64,000 nt of DNA from Phycisphaerales bacterium (GCA_029260295.1 JAJDDN010000004.1:10246-74245), one strand, 5' to 3'. Shown: positions 33,681 to 43,266, numbered from the stretch's first letter. Numbers and translations are program-made. Notes: generated from the letters alone by a model not told the origin.

Positions 33681-36140
33681 TTATGGACAACCGCTCTGGA
33701 ACTCCCCTAGGAAAGTGGCGATATCGTGGAAGTCCCACATCCCGTCGCCGTGCATATCGACCCTGTGCTCGAAGAAGAACACGAAATCAAAGAAATCAAG
33801 CTGGCCGTCTCCTGTGAAATCTACATGGCAGGGGACGAACTTATAGGCGGCTCCGGCTCCGGGGCCGTTGTAGTCGTCTTCGATTGCTCCTGTGATGATG
33901 ATGCCTTGGGATATTGAGATTGAGTGGCCCATACGGGCGTTTTCGGAGCTGGTCCCTTCTCTGACCATTCTATGTGTTTGAGTACCTGTTACAGCATCGA
34001 ACAGATATGCGGCGCCTGTTGAGTTGCCGTTGGTGTTGTGGCCTGTTGCGCCTACGGCCACTCTGTGTTGGTCAATGGAGACTGAGGAGCCGAACTGGCT
34101 TGACGGGGCGCCGTTGTCTGGGAGGAGTTTGGCGAGTTGTGTTCCGGTGGCTGCGTCGAAGAGGTAGACCGATCCTGAGTCGAATCCGTTGTCTTGATCG
34201 AGCCATGCTCCTACGGCGACGATGCCTCTGTCTATTGCAATTGAGTACCCGAACTGATCGCCTGGGGCTCCGTCTGATGGGAGGAGTTTGGCGAGTTGGG
34301 TGCCGGTGGTTGCGTCGAAGAGGTATGCGGCGCCGGAGTCTTGGCCGTTGGCGTCGTTCATGTATGATCCGACTGCGACGATGTTCTGGTCGATGGCGAT
34401 ACTCCACCCGAAGCGGTCATCTGATTGTCCATCGCCAGCGAAGAGTTTGGCGAGTTGTGTTCCTGTGAGGGCATCGAATAGGTAGGCGGCACCGGTGTCC
34501 GATGCGTTGGCGTCGCCTCCTGGGGCACCGACGGCGACGGTTTGAGCATCAATGTCGATGGATATGCCGAAGAAATCGAAGAGCCCGGCGTCGGTTGGGA
34601 GGAGTTTGGAGACTTGATTTCCTGTATCAACTTCGAATACATAGGCGGAGCCTGAGGCGGGGCCGTTGTCGTTGTCGACATGGGCGCCGGCGGCGAGAAG
34701 GCCGTCTGAAATGGCTACCGCGTGGCCGAACTGGCTGCTTGGGTCGGCGTCTGCGGGCGTGATTTTGTGGTTGGTAAAGGAGGGGAGACCTGCACTAAAC
34801 ATATAGACGGCTCCTGAGTTTGATCCAGTTTCGTCGTTGAAGCTTGCTCCAACGGCGATGATTCGGTCTTGGATGGCGACTGACTGGCCTAGATGATCAT
34901 CAACGAGACTGGAGAGGGGGATTATTTGTGCAGTCTGGGTGGCTGTGGACAAGTTGTACTGATAGACCGATCCTGAATCAACACCGATCGCATCGGTGAG
35001 TGGTGCGCCGGTGATTACCACGCCATTTTCTAGAGCGGTTGAGGTTGCGTAAGAATCATGAAGTTGGAGTTGTTCTGGGGAGAACTTGGAGACTTGCGTG
35101 CCAGTTGCTAGATCGAAGATGTATGTCGCGCCATTGAACTCATCTAGGGCTGAATTTGCTCCCGGTGCACCGATGGCGAGCGTGTTATTTTCGATTGCGA
35201 GTGAACTTCCGAATTGAGCCAACCTACTCACATCGCTTGCGAGAAGCCTGTGGAGTTCTGTTCGGGTTGCGAGATCGAATAGATAGACCGCCCCTGCGCC
35301 TCCGCCTACAGAGCTGTCTTCAAGTGGTGCACCAACAGCGATGATGCCGTTGCTCATTACGATAGAGGATCCGAAACGGGAAAATCCGGATGTATCGTCG
35401 GGGTTGCTTGGATTCAGCTTTGCGAGTTGAGCTCCGGTGGCGATGTCGAAAAGATATGCGGAACCCGTACGCGGATCGCCTTTGATGCGGTCGTTGTCGG
35501 CACCGACGGCGAGGATGCCGTTGTCGATGGTGACTGATGAGCCGAAGAGATCGTTTGAAGCCCCGTCATCGGGTGTGATTTTGGAGATTTGGGCACCAGT
35601 GGAGGCATCGAATAGGTATACCGAGCCAGAGGAGCCTCCCGCATCATCATCACCCCAGGCACCGACTGCGACGATACCGCTTTGTATGGCGACCGAGTTC
35701 CCGAAAGCATCAGATGGTGATCCGTCATCTGGGAGGAGTTTGAAGAGTTGGTTGCCAGTGGAGGCATCGAATAGGTATACTGAGCCGGAGTTCGTTCCGT
35801 TGTCGTCGTCACTGGGTGCACCTACGGCGACGATGCCGTTGTGGATTGCGATTGAGTTTCCGAACGAGCTGCTGTTGGTCCCATCGTCTGGAATAAGTGT
35901 CACGATTGGGAGTGTCGTGTTGGCATCGACCAAGAATACCGAAACAGCTCCGCCGATGGCGATGATGCCGTTGTCTACAGCTATTGAAGTCCCCAACCTC
36001 GTGTGGGCGGGTCCTTCGTTTGATATGAGTCTTCCGCCATGTAAGATTTCTTGACCGTTGGCTGGTGCGGTCAGTACTGAAATTGTTAGAAAGAGCGTGG
36101 TCCAGACGAGATTGAGGGCGCAGAGGGTATGGGCTCGCAT
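33681..36140 (-). CDS. FG-GAP-repeat beta-propeller protein with C-terminal GCP-terminated dockerin-like anchor
   Basis: Start ATG 36140 preceded by AAGGAG. Signal peptide. About 13 repeats FG.S(V/I)AI....(I/V)AVGA..DD..G..SG(S/A)(V/A)YLFD..TG.Q. The tail is DFTGDGQLDFFDFVFFFEHRVDMHGDGMWDFHDIATFLGEFQSGCP. Confidence 0.8.
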   Translation of the reverse strand: MRAHTLCALNLVWTTLFLTISVLTAPANGQEILHGGRLISNEGPAHTRLGTSIAVDNGIIAIGGAVSVFLVDANTTLPIVTLIPDDGTNSSSFGNSIAIHNGIVAVGAPSDDDNGTNSGSVYLFDASTGNQLFKLLPDDGSPSDAFGNSVAIQSGIVAVGAWGDDDAGGSSGSVYLFDASTGAQISKITPDDGASNDLFGSSVTIDNGILAVGADNDRIKGDPRTGSAYLFDIATGAQLAKLNPSNPDDTSGFSRFGSSIVMSNGIIAVGAPLEDSSVGGGAGAVYLFDLATRTELHRLLASDVSRLAQFGSSLAIENNTLAIGAPGANSALDEFNGATYIFDLATGTQVSKFSPEQLQLHDSYATSTALENGVVITGAPLTDAIGVDSGSVYQYNLSTATQTAQIIPLSSLVDDHLGQSVAIQDRIIAVGASFNDETGSNSGAVYMFSAGLPSFTNHKITPADADPSSQFGHAVAISDGLLAAGAHVDNDNGPASGSAYVFEVDTGNQVSKLLPTDAGLFDFFGISIDIDAQTVAVGAPGGDANASDTGAAYLFDALTGTQLAKLFAGDGQSDDRFGWSIAIDQNIVAVGSYMNDANGQDSGAAYLFDATTGTQLAKLLPSDGAPGDQFGYSIAIDRGIVAVGAWLDQDNGFDSGSVYLFDAATGTQLAKLLPDNGAPSSQFGSSVSIDQHRVAVGATGHNTNGNSTGAAYLFDAVTGTQTHRMVREGTSSENARMGHSISISQGIIITGAIEDDYNGPGAGAAYKFVPCHVDFTGDGQLDFFDFVFFFEHRVDMHGDGMWDFHDIATFLGEFQSGCP

Positions 36141-36414
36141 AAGTAATGCTCCTTGAATTAATACCCTCTTGGATGCACTGTACCATTGGCAATAAACTAT
36201 TCGCAATACGAAACTATGTATTCTGTGGAATTATTGCATTGGCTTGCGGGTCTTTGTCCCCGCCCCACTTGTTAAGGGGGCCATTATTGTCTATTTTGGA
36301 GCGAATTGGGTAACTATGGCCATGGGGACGCATACTTGCAGGCAGGGATCGGGATCTGATATTTGATCAACTGTCTTACTCAACGGGTGGGGTGATCCAT
36401 ATCGAGGGTGTGTG

Positions 36415-36468
36415 CCTGTGCGTGAGGCCCGGTCGCGATTTTAGTCGCGGCTCGGGCCTCTCTTTTGG
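36415..36468 (+). repeat. copy 2 of the ~55-bp hairpin element
   Basis: CCTGTGCGTGAGGCCCGGTCGCGATTTTAGTCGCGGCTCGGGCCTCTCTTTTGG is near-identical to 31757-31813 and in the same orientation. It lies between two minus-strand genes. Confidence 0.6.
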
Positions 36469-36513
36469 CGCCGTGTTAACGACGCGGTTCAGATGTACGC
36501 TTTGTGTTTAGGC

Positions 36514-38352
36514 TTATGGGCAGCCCGCCATGAATGCTGTCAGGAATGTGCTGATGTCAAAGAAGTCGAAGCTGCCGTCTCCTGTGAGATCTGCGATTGG
36601 GTCCCCACTGCTGAATGCGGTGAGGAATGCTGCGATATCAAAGAAGTCGAGCGTGCCGTCTGCGGTCATGTCTGCGGGGCAGGTGTTGACGCAAACGCCG
36701 GTCATTGAGCAGAAGGTGGTGAGTTCTGCTACAGGCGAGACTGCGGTGCCGCCAGGAGCTGCTGGGTCAACGACGAGCCACTGCATGTAGAATGTTTGGC
36801 CGTCGAGTGCTTGGTCGCTTGGGATTGGCCAGAACATTGTGCCGAAGCCGTTGCCGTTTCCTGCGCCTTCGAGTGCGATTGGGCCGAGGATTTCGTCTTG
36901 TGGGACGAGACCTGATACTGGCGGTGAGGTTGAGACGACGACGAATGCTTGTGCACCGCCGAGGGCGTTGTTGATACCGACCTTGAAGCCGTCGTTGCCA
37001 AGGTTTGGTGGGCAGACTGCGATCATGTCTGGGACGATCCCGCCTGAGCCTGCAGTGCCGGCTCCGATGACGGCTGGGTTTGCGGCTGGGAGTTCGGCGT
37101 ACATGGTTGGGCGATCGAAGGGGAATGTTTCGGCTGCGACGCGTGGGTCGGTGAGGCCGTTTTGGAGGAAGTTGATGACATTTGCCTGGGCTTGTGGGCC
37201 AAAGGTGATGGGGAGCGCCATGAATGGATCAAGGTTTTGTGGGAACGGGTTCTGGCCGTTTCTGTGTGCGTAGAAATCGAAGACTTGCATGAGTGAGGCG
37301 TGTCCGCCGTTGTGCATGTAGCGGTCACGGAGACCGGTGTTGCGGAGTGATGGCGTTTTGAAGCGGCCGCGGTCGATTGGGTCGTTTGTGACATTGAATC
37401 GGCCGAGGTCTTCGATGAGTGGACGCACGCCGATGTTTCTGAATGAGTTGTCTGTGAACTGTGCGCCGATGTGGCATGCGTTGCAGAGTGATGCTCTGAA
37501 TGCGTTGAGGCCGTTGATTTGCTGTGGCGACATTGCCGCTGCGTCCCCGGCGATGAACAGGTCGTATGGCGTTTGGTCTGGGACCAGGGTGCGTTCGTAG
37601 GTTGCGATGGCCATGCCTACGCGTCCGGCGGTGAGCTGGGAATCGCCGAAGACTTCTTGGAACATTTGTGGATAGGTTTTGCCTTGGGCGATGACGGCGG
37701 CCATATCTGCCGGGAGATTTGAGGCGAGGGCCAAGGGTTTGGCACCGGTGAGTTTGACTAGGATCTGCGCCCAGTCGCGGCTCTGGTGTGCCATCTCTGC
37801 GCCGCTGGCGGGTGGGCCTACGGCTTGGCTTTCAAGGGCACCGCCTGATGCGATGAGGACTTGTCCTGTGATGGGATCGGTGAACTGTGAAGTGGCGCGG
37901 CCGTCCCAGAAGAGTTCTGGTGCGTACATGCCCATGATTGATGGAGGGGCCTGGCGGCCGGTGACCTGGACATCGAGGTCGTAGAGGGGCGAGGGGACAT
38001 ACTTATCGTCGGCGTCTTGGAAGACGACTCCTGGGGAGCCGAAGATGTCGTCTTGGTTTCCGAAGATGTTATCGGGTCCTGGGTTGATACCCATGCGTTC
38101 ATCGGTGCCTCCGACAGCTGGCTGGTGGCATGAGCCACAGGACATGGTGTTGTCGCTGGAGAGTTGTTCGTCCCAGAAGAGGATTTTACCGAGGTCTGCT
38201 TTTTCTTGGGTGAACTGGTTTTCTGGGGGGAATGGCACTGGTGGGAGCGGCTGGGCTAGGGATTGCGAACTGATTGAAGCCAGTACAATTGCGGGCGCTA
38301 TCAACCTGAGTTGACAGACGATTGGTGAGACACGACAGATGTTGGTGCGCAT
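36514..38352 (-). CDS. di-haem cytochrome c peroxidase (CcpA/MauG family) fused to a C-terminal GCP-terminated dockerin-like anchor
   Basis: Haem sites CGSCH and CNACH, FKTPSLRN, conserved Trp/Met regions, signal peptide. The tail is CPADMTADGTLDFFDIAAFLTAFSSGDPIADLTGDGSFDFFDISTFLTAFMAGCP. Confidence 0.85.
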   Translation of the reverse strand: MRTNICRVSPIVCQLRLIAPAIVLASISSQSLAQPLPPVPFPPENQFTQEKADLGKILFWDEQLSSDNTMSCGSCHQPAVGGTDERMGINPGPDNIFGNQDDIFGSPGVVFQDADDKYVPSPLYDLDVQVTGRQAPPSIMGMYAPELFWDGRATSQFTDPITGQVLIASGGALESQAVGPPASGAEMAHQSRDWAQILVKLTGAKPLALASNLPADMAAVIAQGKTYPQMFQEVFGDSQLTAGRVGMAIATYERTLVPDQTPYDLFIAGDAAAMSPQQINGLNAFRASLCNACHIGAQFTDNSFRNIGVRPLIEDLGRFNVTNDPIDRGRFKTPSLRNTGLRDRYMHNGGHASLMQVFDFYAHRNGQNPFPQNLDPFMALPITFGPQAQANVINFLQNGLTDPRVAAETFPFDRPTMYAELPAANPAVIGAGTAGSGGIVPDMIAVCPPNLGNDGFKVGINNALGGAQAFVVVSTSPPVSGLVPQDEILGPIALEGAGNGNGFGTMFWPIPSDQALDGQTFYMQWLVVDPAAPGGTAVSPVAELTTFCSMTGVCVNTCPADMTADGTLDFFDIAAFLTAFSSGDPIADLTGDGSFDFFDISTFLTAFMAGCP

Positions 38353-38668
38353 GGAATCCTCCTCTTTTTATGATCCTGCAGGGGCATAATGCACCAGAAG
38401 GTCTTGTATTGCAAGATTAACCCGGTGTACCATTGTTTTTTCTATATTTTTTACGGCGATAGAACTGGTTTCTAGCCGCGATCCGGCTATGGAAATTGGT
38501 TGAAAAATAGCGTTGAGACGGTGATGAACTGATTCATTCTGAGAGCGGCCTAGCAGGGGCATTGGAGTGGGAATTGGGCGATTCTGGGGTGTGGTGCGCT
38601 ATGATCTGGGTTCGATCGGGGATTTGGCCCTTATTGAACACATTGAACTATGACAGTGAGACTTTACT

Positions 38669-40465
38669 ATGGGCATGCGGACGCACACTTGCGGGCAGAT
38701 TACTGAATCTGACATTGGATCAACCGTGACTCTCAACGGGTGGGTGAATGCCTTCCGTGGGCACGGGGGCGGGTTGATCTTTGTGGATATGCGGGACCGT
38801 GACGGGATCACGCAGGTTGTGTTTGATAGCGAGGACGCGGCGAAGGAACTCGTTGAGGCGGGTGACCGGTTGCGTAATGAGGACTGCATCAGTGTGACTG
38901 GTGTTGTTCGCGAGCGTGCTAAGAAGAATCCGAAGATTCCTACGGGGGCTATTGAGATTGTTGCCAGCGAGCTTGATGTGCTGTCCAAGACGAAGAAGCT
39001 GCCTTTCCTTCCGAGTGATGAGAAGAACTTGCCTGCTGAGGAGACTCGGTTGCAGTATCGGTATCTGGATCTGCGTCGCCCGGCGATGCAGGAGATTTTG
39101 CGGGTTCGGCATCGGTTGACGAAGTTGACGCGCGACTACTTTGATGGCGAGGGGTTCCTTGAGATTGAGACGCCGATGTTGTGCCGGTCTACTCCTGAGG
39201 GTGCTCGTGACTTCTTGGTGCCATCGCGTCAGCAGGAAGGGATGTGGTATGCGCTTCCGCAGTCGCCTCAGTTGTTTAAGCAGATTTTGATGATTGCTGG
39301 GTGTGACCGGTATCTGCAGATTGTGCGTTGTTTCCGGGATGAGGATCCGCGTGCGGATCGGCAGGCGGAGTTTACGCAGATTGACCTTGAGATGGCGTTT
39401 GTGGACCGCGATGCGGTGCTTGAGATCATGGAGGGGTTTGCTCAGAAGATCTGGAAAGAGATTATGGGTGTGGAACTTGGGGCGTTCCCTCGGATGTCGT
39501 ATCAGGATGCGATGAAGGATTACGGGAGCGACCGGCCTGATACACGGTTTGATCTCAAGCTGATTGATATTTCTGAGATCGCTGGGAAGACCGACTTTGG
39601 TGTGTTCCAGAACGCTCTTGGTATGGAGAAGGGGTGTGTCAAGGCGTTCCGGGTGCCTGGATTGGCCGAGAAGTTTACTCGGAAGACGACCGATGCGTTT
39701 AGCAAGTTTGCGTCGGACTTTGGTGCGGGCGGGATCCCGACGACGAAGTTTGTCAATGGGAATCTTGAAGGCGGGATCGGCAAGTTTTTAGGCGAGATTA
39801 AAGACGAGCTTGTGGCTGCATTAGGACTCGAAGACGGGGACGCGGTTGTGTTTGCGGCTGATACCTACGGCGTTGTTTCGCGGTCGCTTGGTGAGCTTCG
39901 GTTGAAGATCGCCAAGGACTTTGATCTGATTCCTGATGGGCTTTGGAACTTCCTTTGGGTGTATGACTTCCCGATGTTTGAATGGGTTGAAGACGCACAG
40001 CGGTACCACGCTTTGCACCACCCGTTCACGGCTCCGTCTGACTATGAAGTCGAGCGGTTGCTCTCTGCGGACGGGAGCGATATCAATATGGTCGAGTCGA
40101 TTGTGTCTGATGGGTATGACATGATCTGTAATGGGTCGGAGATTGGTGGCGGATCGATTCGTATTCACCGGGCCGATGTTCAGGCGAAGGTGTTTGAGCT
40201 GCTTGGACTCAGCGAGGAAGAGGCGAAGCAGAAGTTCTCGTTCTTGATGGATGCGCTTTCTTACGGGGCTCCGCCGCACGGCGGGGTTGCTTTTGGTCTT
40301 GATCGCTTGGTGATGCACATGTGCGGGACGGACAACATCCGCGAAGTCATTGCGTTCCCGAAGACCATGACCGGGCAGGATCTGATGTGCGAGGCTCCCA
40401 ATATTGTGGATGATGAGCAGCTCGGGGAGTTGCATGTTCGGTCGACAGCCAAGGCGCGTGTCTAA
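38669..40465 (+). CDS. aspS: aspartate--tRNA ligase
   Basis: MRTHTCGQI...GWV...R.HGG.IF.D.RDR.G, FRDED.RADRQ.EFTQ.D.E, GGGSIRIH, PPHGG.A.G.DR. Full-length class IIb synthetase. Confidence 0.95.
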   Translation: MGMRTHTCGQITESDIGSTVTLNGWVNAFRGHGGGLIFVDMRDRDGITQVVFDSEDAAKELVEAGDRLRNEDCISVTGVVRERAKKNPKIPTGAIEIVASELDVLSKTKKLPFLPSDEKNLPAEETRLQYRYLDLRRPAMQEILRVRHRLTKLTRDYFDGEGFLEIETPMLCRSTPEGARDFLVPSRQQEGMWYALPQSPQLFKQILMIAGCDRYLQIVRCFRDEDPRADRQAEFTQIDLEMAFVDRDAVLEIMEGFAQKIWKEIMGVELGAFPRMSYQDAMKDYGSDRPDTRFDLKLIDISEIAGKTDFGVFQNALGMEKGCVKAFRVPGLAEKFTRKTTDAFSKFASDFGAGGIPTTKFVNGNLEGGIGKFLGEIKDELVAALGLEDGDAVVFAADTYGVVSRSLGELRLKIAKDFDLIPDGLWNFLWVYDFPMFEWVEDAQRYHALHHPFTAPSDYEVERLLSADGSDINMVESIVSDGYDMICNGSEIGGGSIRIHRADVQAKVFELLGLSEEEAKQKFSFLMDALSYGAPPHGGVAFGLDRLVMHMCGTDNIREVIAFPKTMTGQDLMCEAPNIVDDEQLGELHVRSTAKARV

Positions 40466-40492
40466 GTCTGACCTTGCTAAAACACTTTATAA

Positions 40493-40516
40493 GCCGTCCA
40501 TTTGGGCGGTTTTTTA
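40493..40516 (+). terminator. intrinsic terminator after aspS
   Basis: GCCGTCC-attt-GGGCGG(T) stem containing one G-U pair, followed by TTTTTT. Confidence 0.5.
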
Positions 40517-41161
40517 TTTGGTTGCGAGTTCTGGCGCCGGGGTTGAGTCTGGGATTTGGAGGAACTCGACGATGCCGGTTTCGATGGCGTAGATGGCTCC
40601 GACGATCATGAAGCCGTCGTCTTTGGTGAGGTTGATGAGGACCTGGGACTCGGTGCGGAGTTTTTGGACGGAGTTGATGACATTGGCTTTGATTGTTTCG
40701 TTGACAGCTTGGTCGTGGTCATGATCGGGGCATTGATCGACGGAGGTGCTGATTTGCTCGACGATGATCTGCATGCCTTCGGAGAGGCCTGGGGTTTGGG
40801 AGGCGAGTTCTGGAGATGGGGCGGCGTCGACGGTTTGCATTGTGGCTTTGACGGCGCCGCATTTGGTGTGCCCCATGACGACGACGAGGCGGGGGCCGAA
40901 CTCGACGGCGGCGAACTCTACGGAGCCGAGTTCTAGGGGGGTGACGATGTTGCCGGCGACGCGGATGACGAACATATCTCCGACGCCTTGGTCGAAGAGG
41001 ATTTCTGGTGGGACGCGGGAATCTGAGCATCCCAGAACGATGGCGAATGGTTTTTGGTTGTCTACGAGCTTGTGGGTGCGGTGGAGCTCGGCGGACTGGT
41101 TTGCGACAAATCGGATATTGCCCGCTTTGAGTTGTTCGAGTGCTGTTTGTGCTGGAACCAT
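40514..41161 (-). CDS. beta-class carbonic anhydrase
   Basis: LKAGN.RF, zinc ligands in CSDSRV and HTKCGA. Start at ATG 41161, preceded by GGGAGGA; the longer ORF to 41308 is unlikely. Confidence 0.85.
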   Translation of the reverse strand: MVPAQTALEQLKAGNIRFVANQSAELHRTHKLVDNQKPFAIVLGCSDSRVPPEILFDQGVGDMFVIRVAGNIVTPLELGSVEFAAVEFGPRLVVVMGHTKCGAVKATMQTVDAAPSPELASQTPGLSEGMQIIVEQISTSVDQCPDHDHDQAVNETIKANVINSVQKLRTESQVLINLTKDDGFMIVGAIYAIETGIVEFLQIPDSTPAPELATK

Positions 41162-41491
41162 TGCGTCCTCCCGCTCTTGGCTGAATATGGGAGATGATAC
41201 GCTATTGAGGGCTCTAGGGCATGGATTTGCACGGTCAGTCAAGTTGCTGATGAGAGTCAGCATGGCATGATGGTGTGGTTTGTTGAACTGGTATTGATAA
41301 AATTTCAATAGTTATTCATTAAAACCTGAAGTTTCCTGGCTTTTGGCAGAATCGGCTTTGACACAGCCTCGGAATTATGTCATCATGGTACAACGAGCCG
41401 GGATCGAGAGCCCGGCTGATTGAGAGAGATTTTTTAACACATGCCCATTGCGTGTTCGTAACGGGCTAAACGAGAAGAAAGAGAGATTTCA

Positions 41492-42136
41492 ATGTTGAAA
41501 GTAACTGGAATTATTGCTGTCGTTTCGATCGCCGGCACCGCATTCGCTTCACCTGTTCTTGGCGATTACTCGAGCTACAACCAGATCAGCTCCGACAGCA
41601 TCACTGCTGTGTCGCTTGAAGAAGGTACGCAAGGCGCGACCAGCAGCGTGTACTCGAACATGGATGCTGGCGGAGGCTTTAACGCATTCCCATCCGGCAA
41701 CGGCGCGCTTGGATTCGATGATTACACCTCGACGAGCGCTGGTGCGATCACTATGGAATCGATCCGCTTTGTTGGCGGCGTTGATGCGGTAGGCGGCGTG
41801 CTCAACTTTGAGTTCTTCGATGCAGCCGGTGCAAACCTTATCACTGCGTTCTCGGTGAACTTCTCGCAAGCGGGAAACTTCATCTGGACCATCACTCTTG
41901 GTGGCGCGTTCACCGCTGATGCTGCGGGCGTCCTGCAGATCACCACCGACGCGACTTCCAATGGCCAGTGGTTCTTGAGCGATGCGGGCCCAACCGTTGG
42001 TAGCGAAGACAACACCTTTGGCGGCGCCAGCGGTGGTCTTCTGTCTCACAAGTTTGAGATCAATGTGATCCCTGCTCCGGGTGCTTTGGCACTGTTGGGG
42101 ATGGGCGGGATTGTTGCTGGGCGTCGTCGCCGGTAA
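41492..42136 (+). CDS. PEP-CTERM sorting-domain secreted protein
   Basis: Signal peptide MLKVTGIIAVVSIAGTAFA. C-terminus VIPAPGALALLGMGGIVAGRRRR. Confidence 0.75.
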   Translation: MLKVTGIIAVVSIAGTAFASPVLGDYSSYNQISSDSITAVSLEEGTQGATSSVYSNMDAGGGFNAFPSGNGALGFDDYTSTSAGAITMESIRFVGGVDAVGGVLNFEFFDAAGANLITAFSVNFSQAGNFIWTITLGGAFTADAAGVLQITTDATSNGQWFLSDAGPTVGSEDNTFGGASGGLLSHKFEINVIPAPGALALLGMGGIVAGRRRR

Positions 42137-42170
42137 TACGAACTGCATTGCAGTTACAATCTGAACGAGA

Positions 42171-42200
42171 ACACCCGGGAGTTTCCCGGGTGTTTTTTTA
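42171..42200 (+). terminator. intrinsic terminator
   Basis: ACACCCGGGA-gtt-TCCCGGGTGT (10-bp perfect stem) followed by TTTTTTT. Confidence 0.75.
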
Positions 42201-42486
42201 TAACTTGTTTAAATCAATAGCAATAATGATGTTTATGTCTGCAAACAGTTGGTCTTCATTTGCTTGGAATAGTCGGGCATTATCGGCGGTAGTAGCCCCT
42301 GCATATGAGCCTCAAATACTGCACTTTCCGGAAATGCCAGTATTTTTCTCATCAAGAAAACTAAATCACTTCTTTATGCCATGGCATTTTGGAATCGAAT
42401 GGTAAACTTATGACAGAGAGACCGCTGTGCGTGTGTTATCGCCTAGTACAAAGAAAATCACCTACAAAGAGACGGGGAGAATTTTC

Positions 42487-43239
42487 ATGAGGATCGAACT
42501 TGCAGCCGCAGTGATCTTGGCCGCCGCGACCAGCACCGCTTTTGCGGACATTACGCTTGACGGGGTTATTGGGAGCGATACTTACAGCAACTCAGAAGCG
42601 GTCGGTTGGTTTAATGGCCACCGGACCGCCGAGAGCGTCTACGGCGACTTTGATGGGCAGCTTGGATCAACGACCCTCAGCTATGGAGAATCCGCCGGAT
42701 TCTTCTTTGTGCATGTCGAGGCGCCGTTGTATGCCAAGAACATGATTTGGTAGGACATCGATTGGCACAGCCCTATTCTCAATACCAATCCGGGTCTTGG
42801 GCTTACGGAAGATGACGCCGAGACATACCGGACGCATCACGAGACGCACCACAGCGCGTTCTCTATGAACCTTGATTTCAATGGTGCCACCGGTAGTGAA
42901 AAGGTGATCTTCCTTGATGCCAATGGCAACAACGCCTTCGAAGCTGACCTTGCTGGCAATGCTGACAACTCGTTTGGGCTTGTTGGGTATAAGGATTCCT
43001 CGGATTACCTGCTTGATAACGGTTTCGCCACTGAAGAACTGAGCCTGAACCGTGACACGACCATGTCGTTTGAGTTTAAGTTTGCACTCAACGGGGCAGA
43101 CAACGAGGCAATTCTGGACCTGATCCGCAACGGGATCGAGTTCCATATGTCGCCTGAGCGTGGATTGCCTGTTCCTACACCGGGATCGCTGGCCCTGGTT
43201 GGGCTTGGCGGGATGGGCCTTGTCCGTCGTCGTCGCTAA
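42487..43239 (+). pseudogene. PEP-CTERM protein gene interrupted by one in-frame TAG (42751-42753)
   Basis: ORFs 42427..42753 (signal peptide MRIELAAAVILAAATSTAFA) and 42865..43239 (C-terminus VPTPGSLALVGLGGMGLVRRRR) are in the same frame. Only a single TAG separates them in ...NMIW*DIDWHSP... Confidence 0.6.
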
Positions 43240-43266
43240 ATCGAACTGCCTGCTTAGATTCATCCA

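Noticed and set aside
33850-36000. Periodic ~165-nt repeats in the FG-GAP gene, and ~130-nt repeats at 26000-27700 in the LVIVD gene
   Set aside because: These are protein-level propeller-blade repeats with diverged DNA. They are not satellite, CRISPR or mobile repeats.
41330-41345. Possible sigma-54 promoter (TGGCTTTTGGCA) upstream of the PEP-CTERM gene
   Set aside because: The GG-to-GC spacing is about 8 nt rather than the 12 nt required by the -24/-12 consensus.
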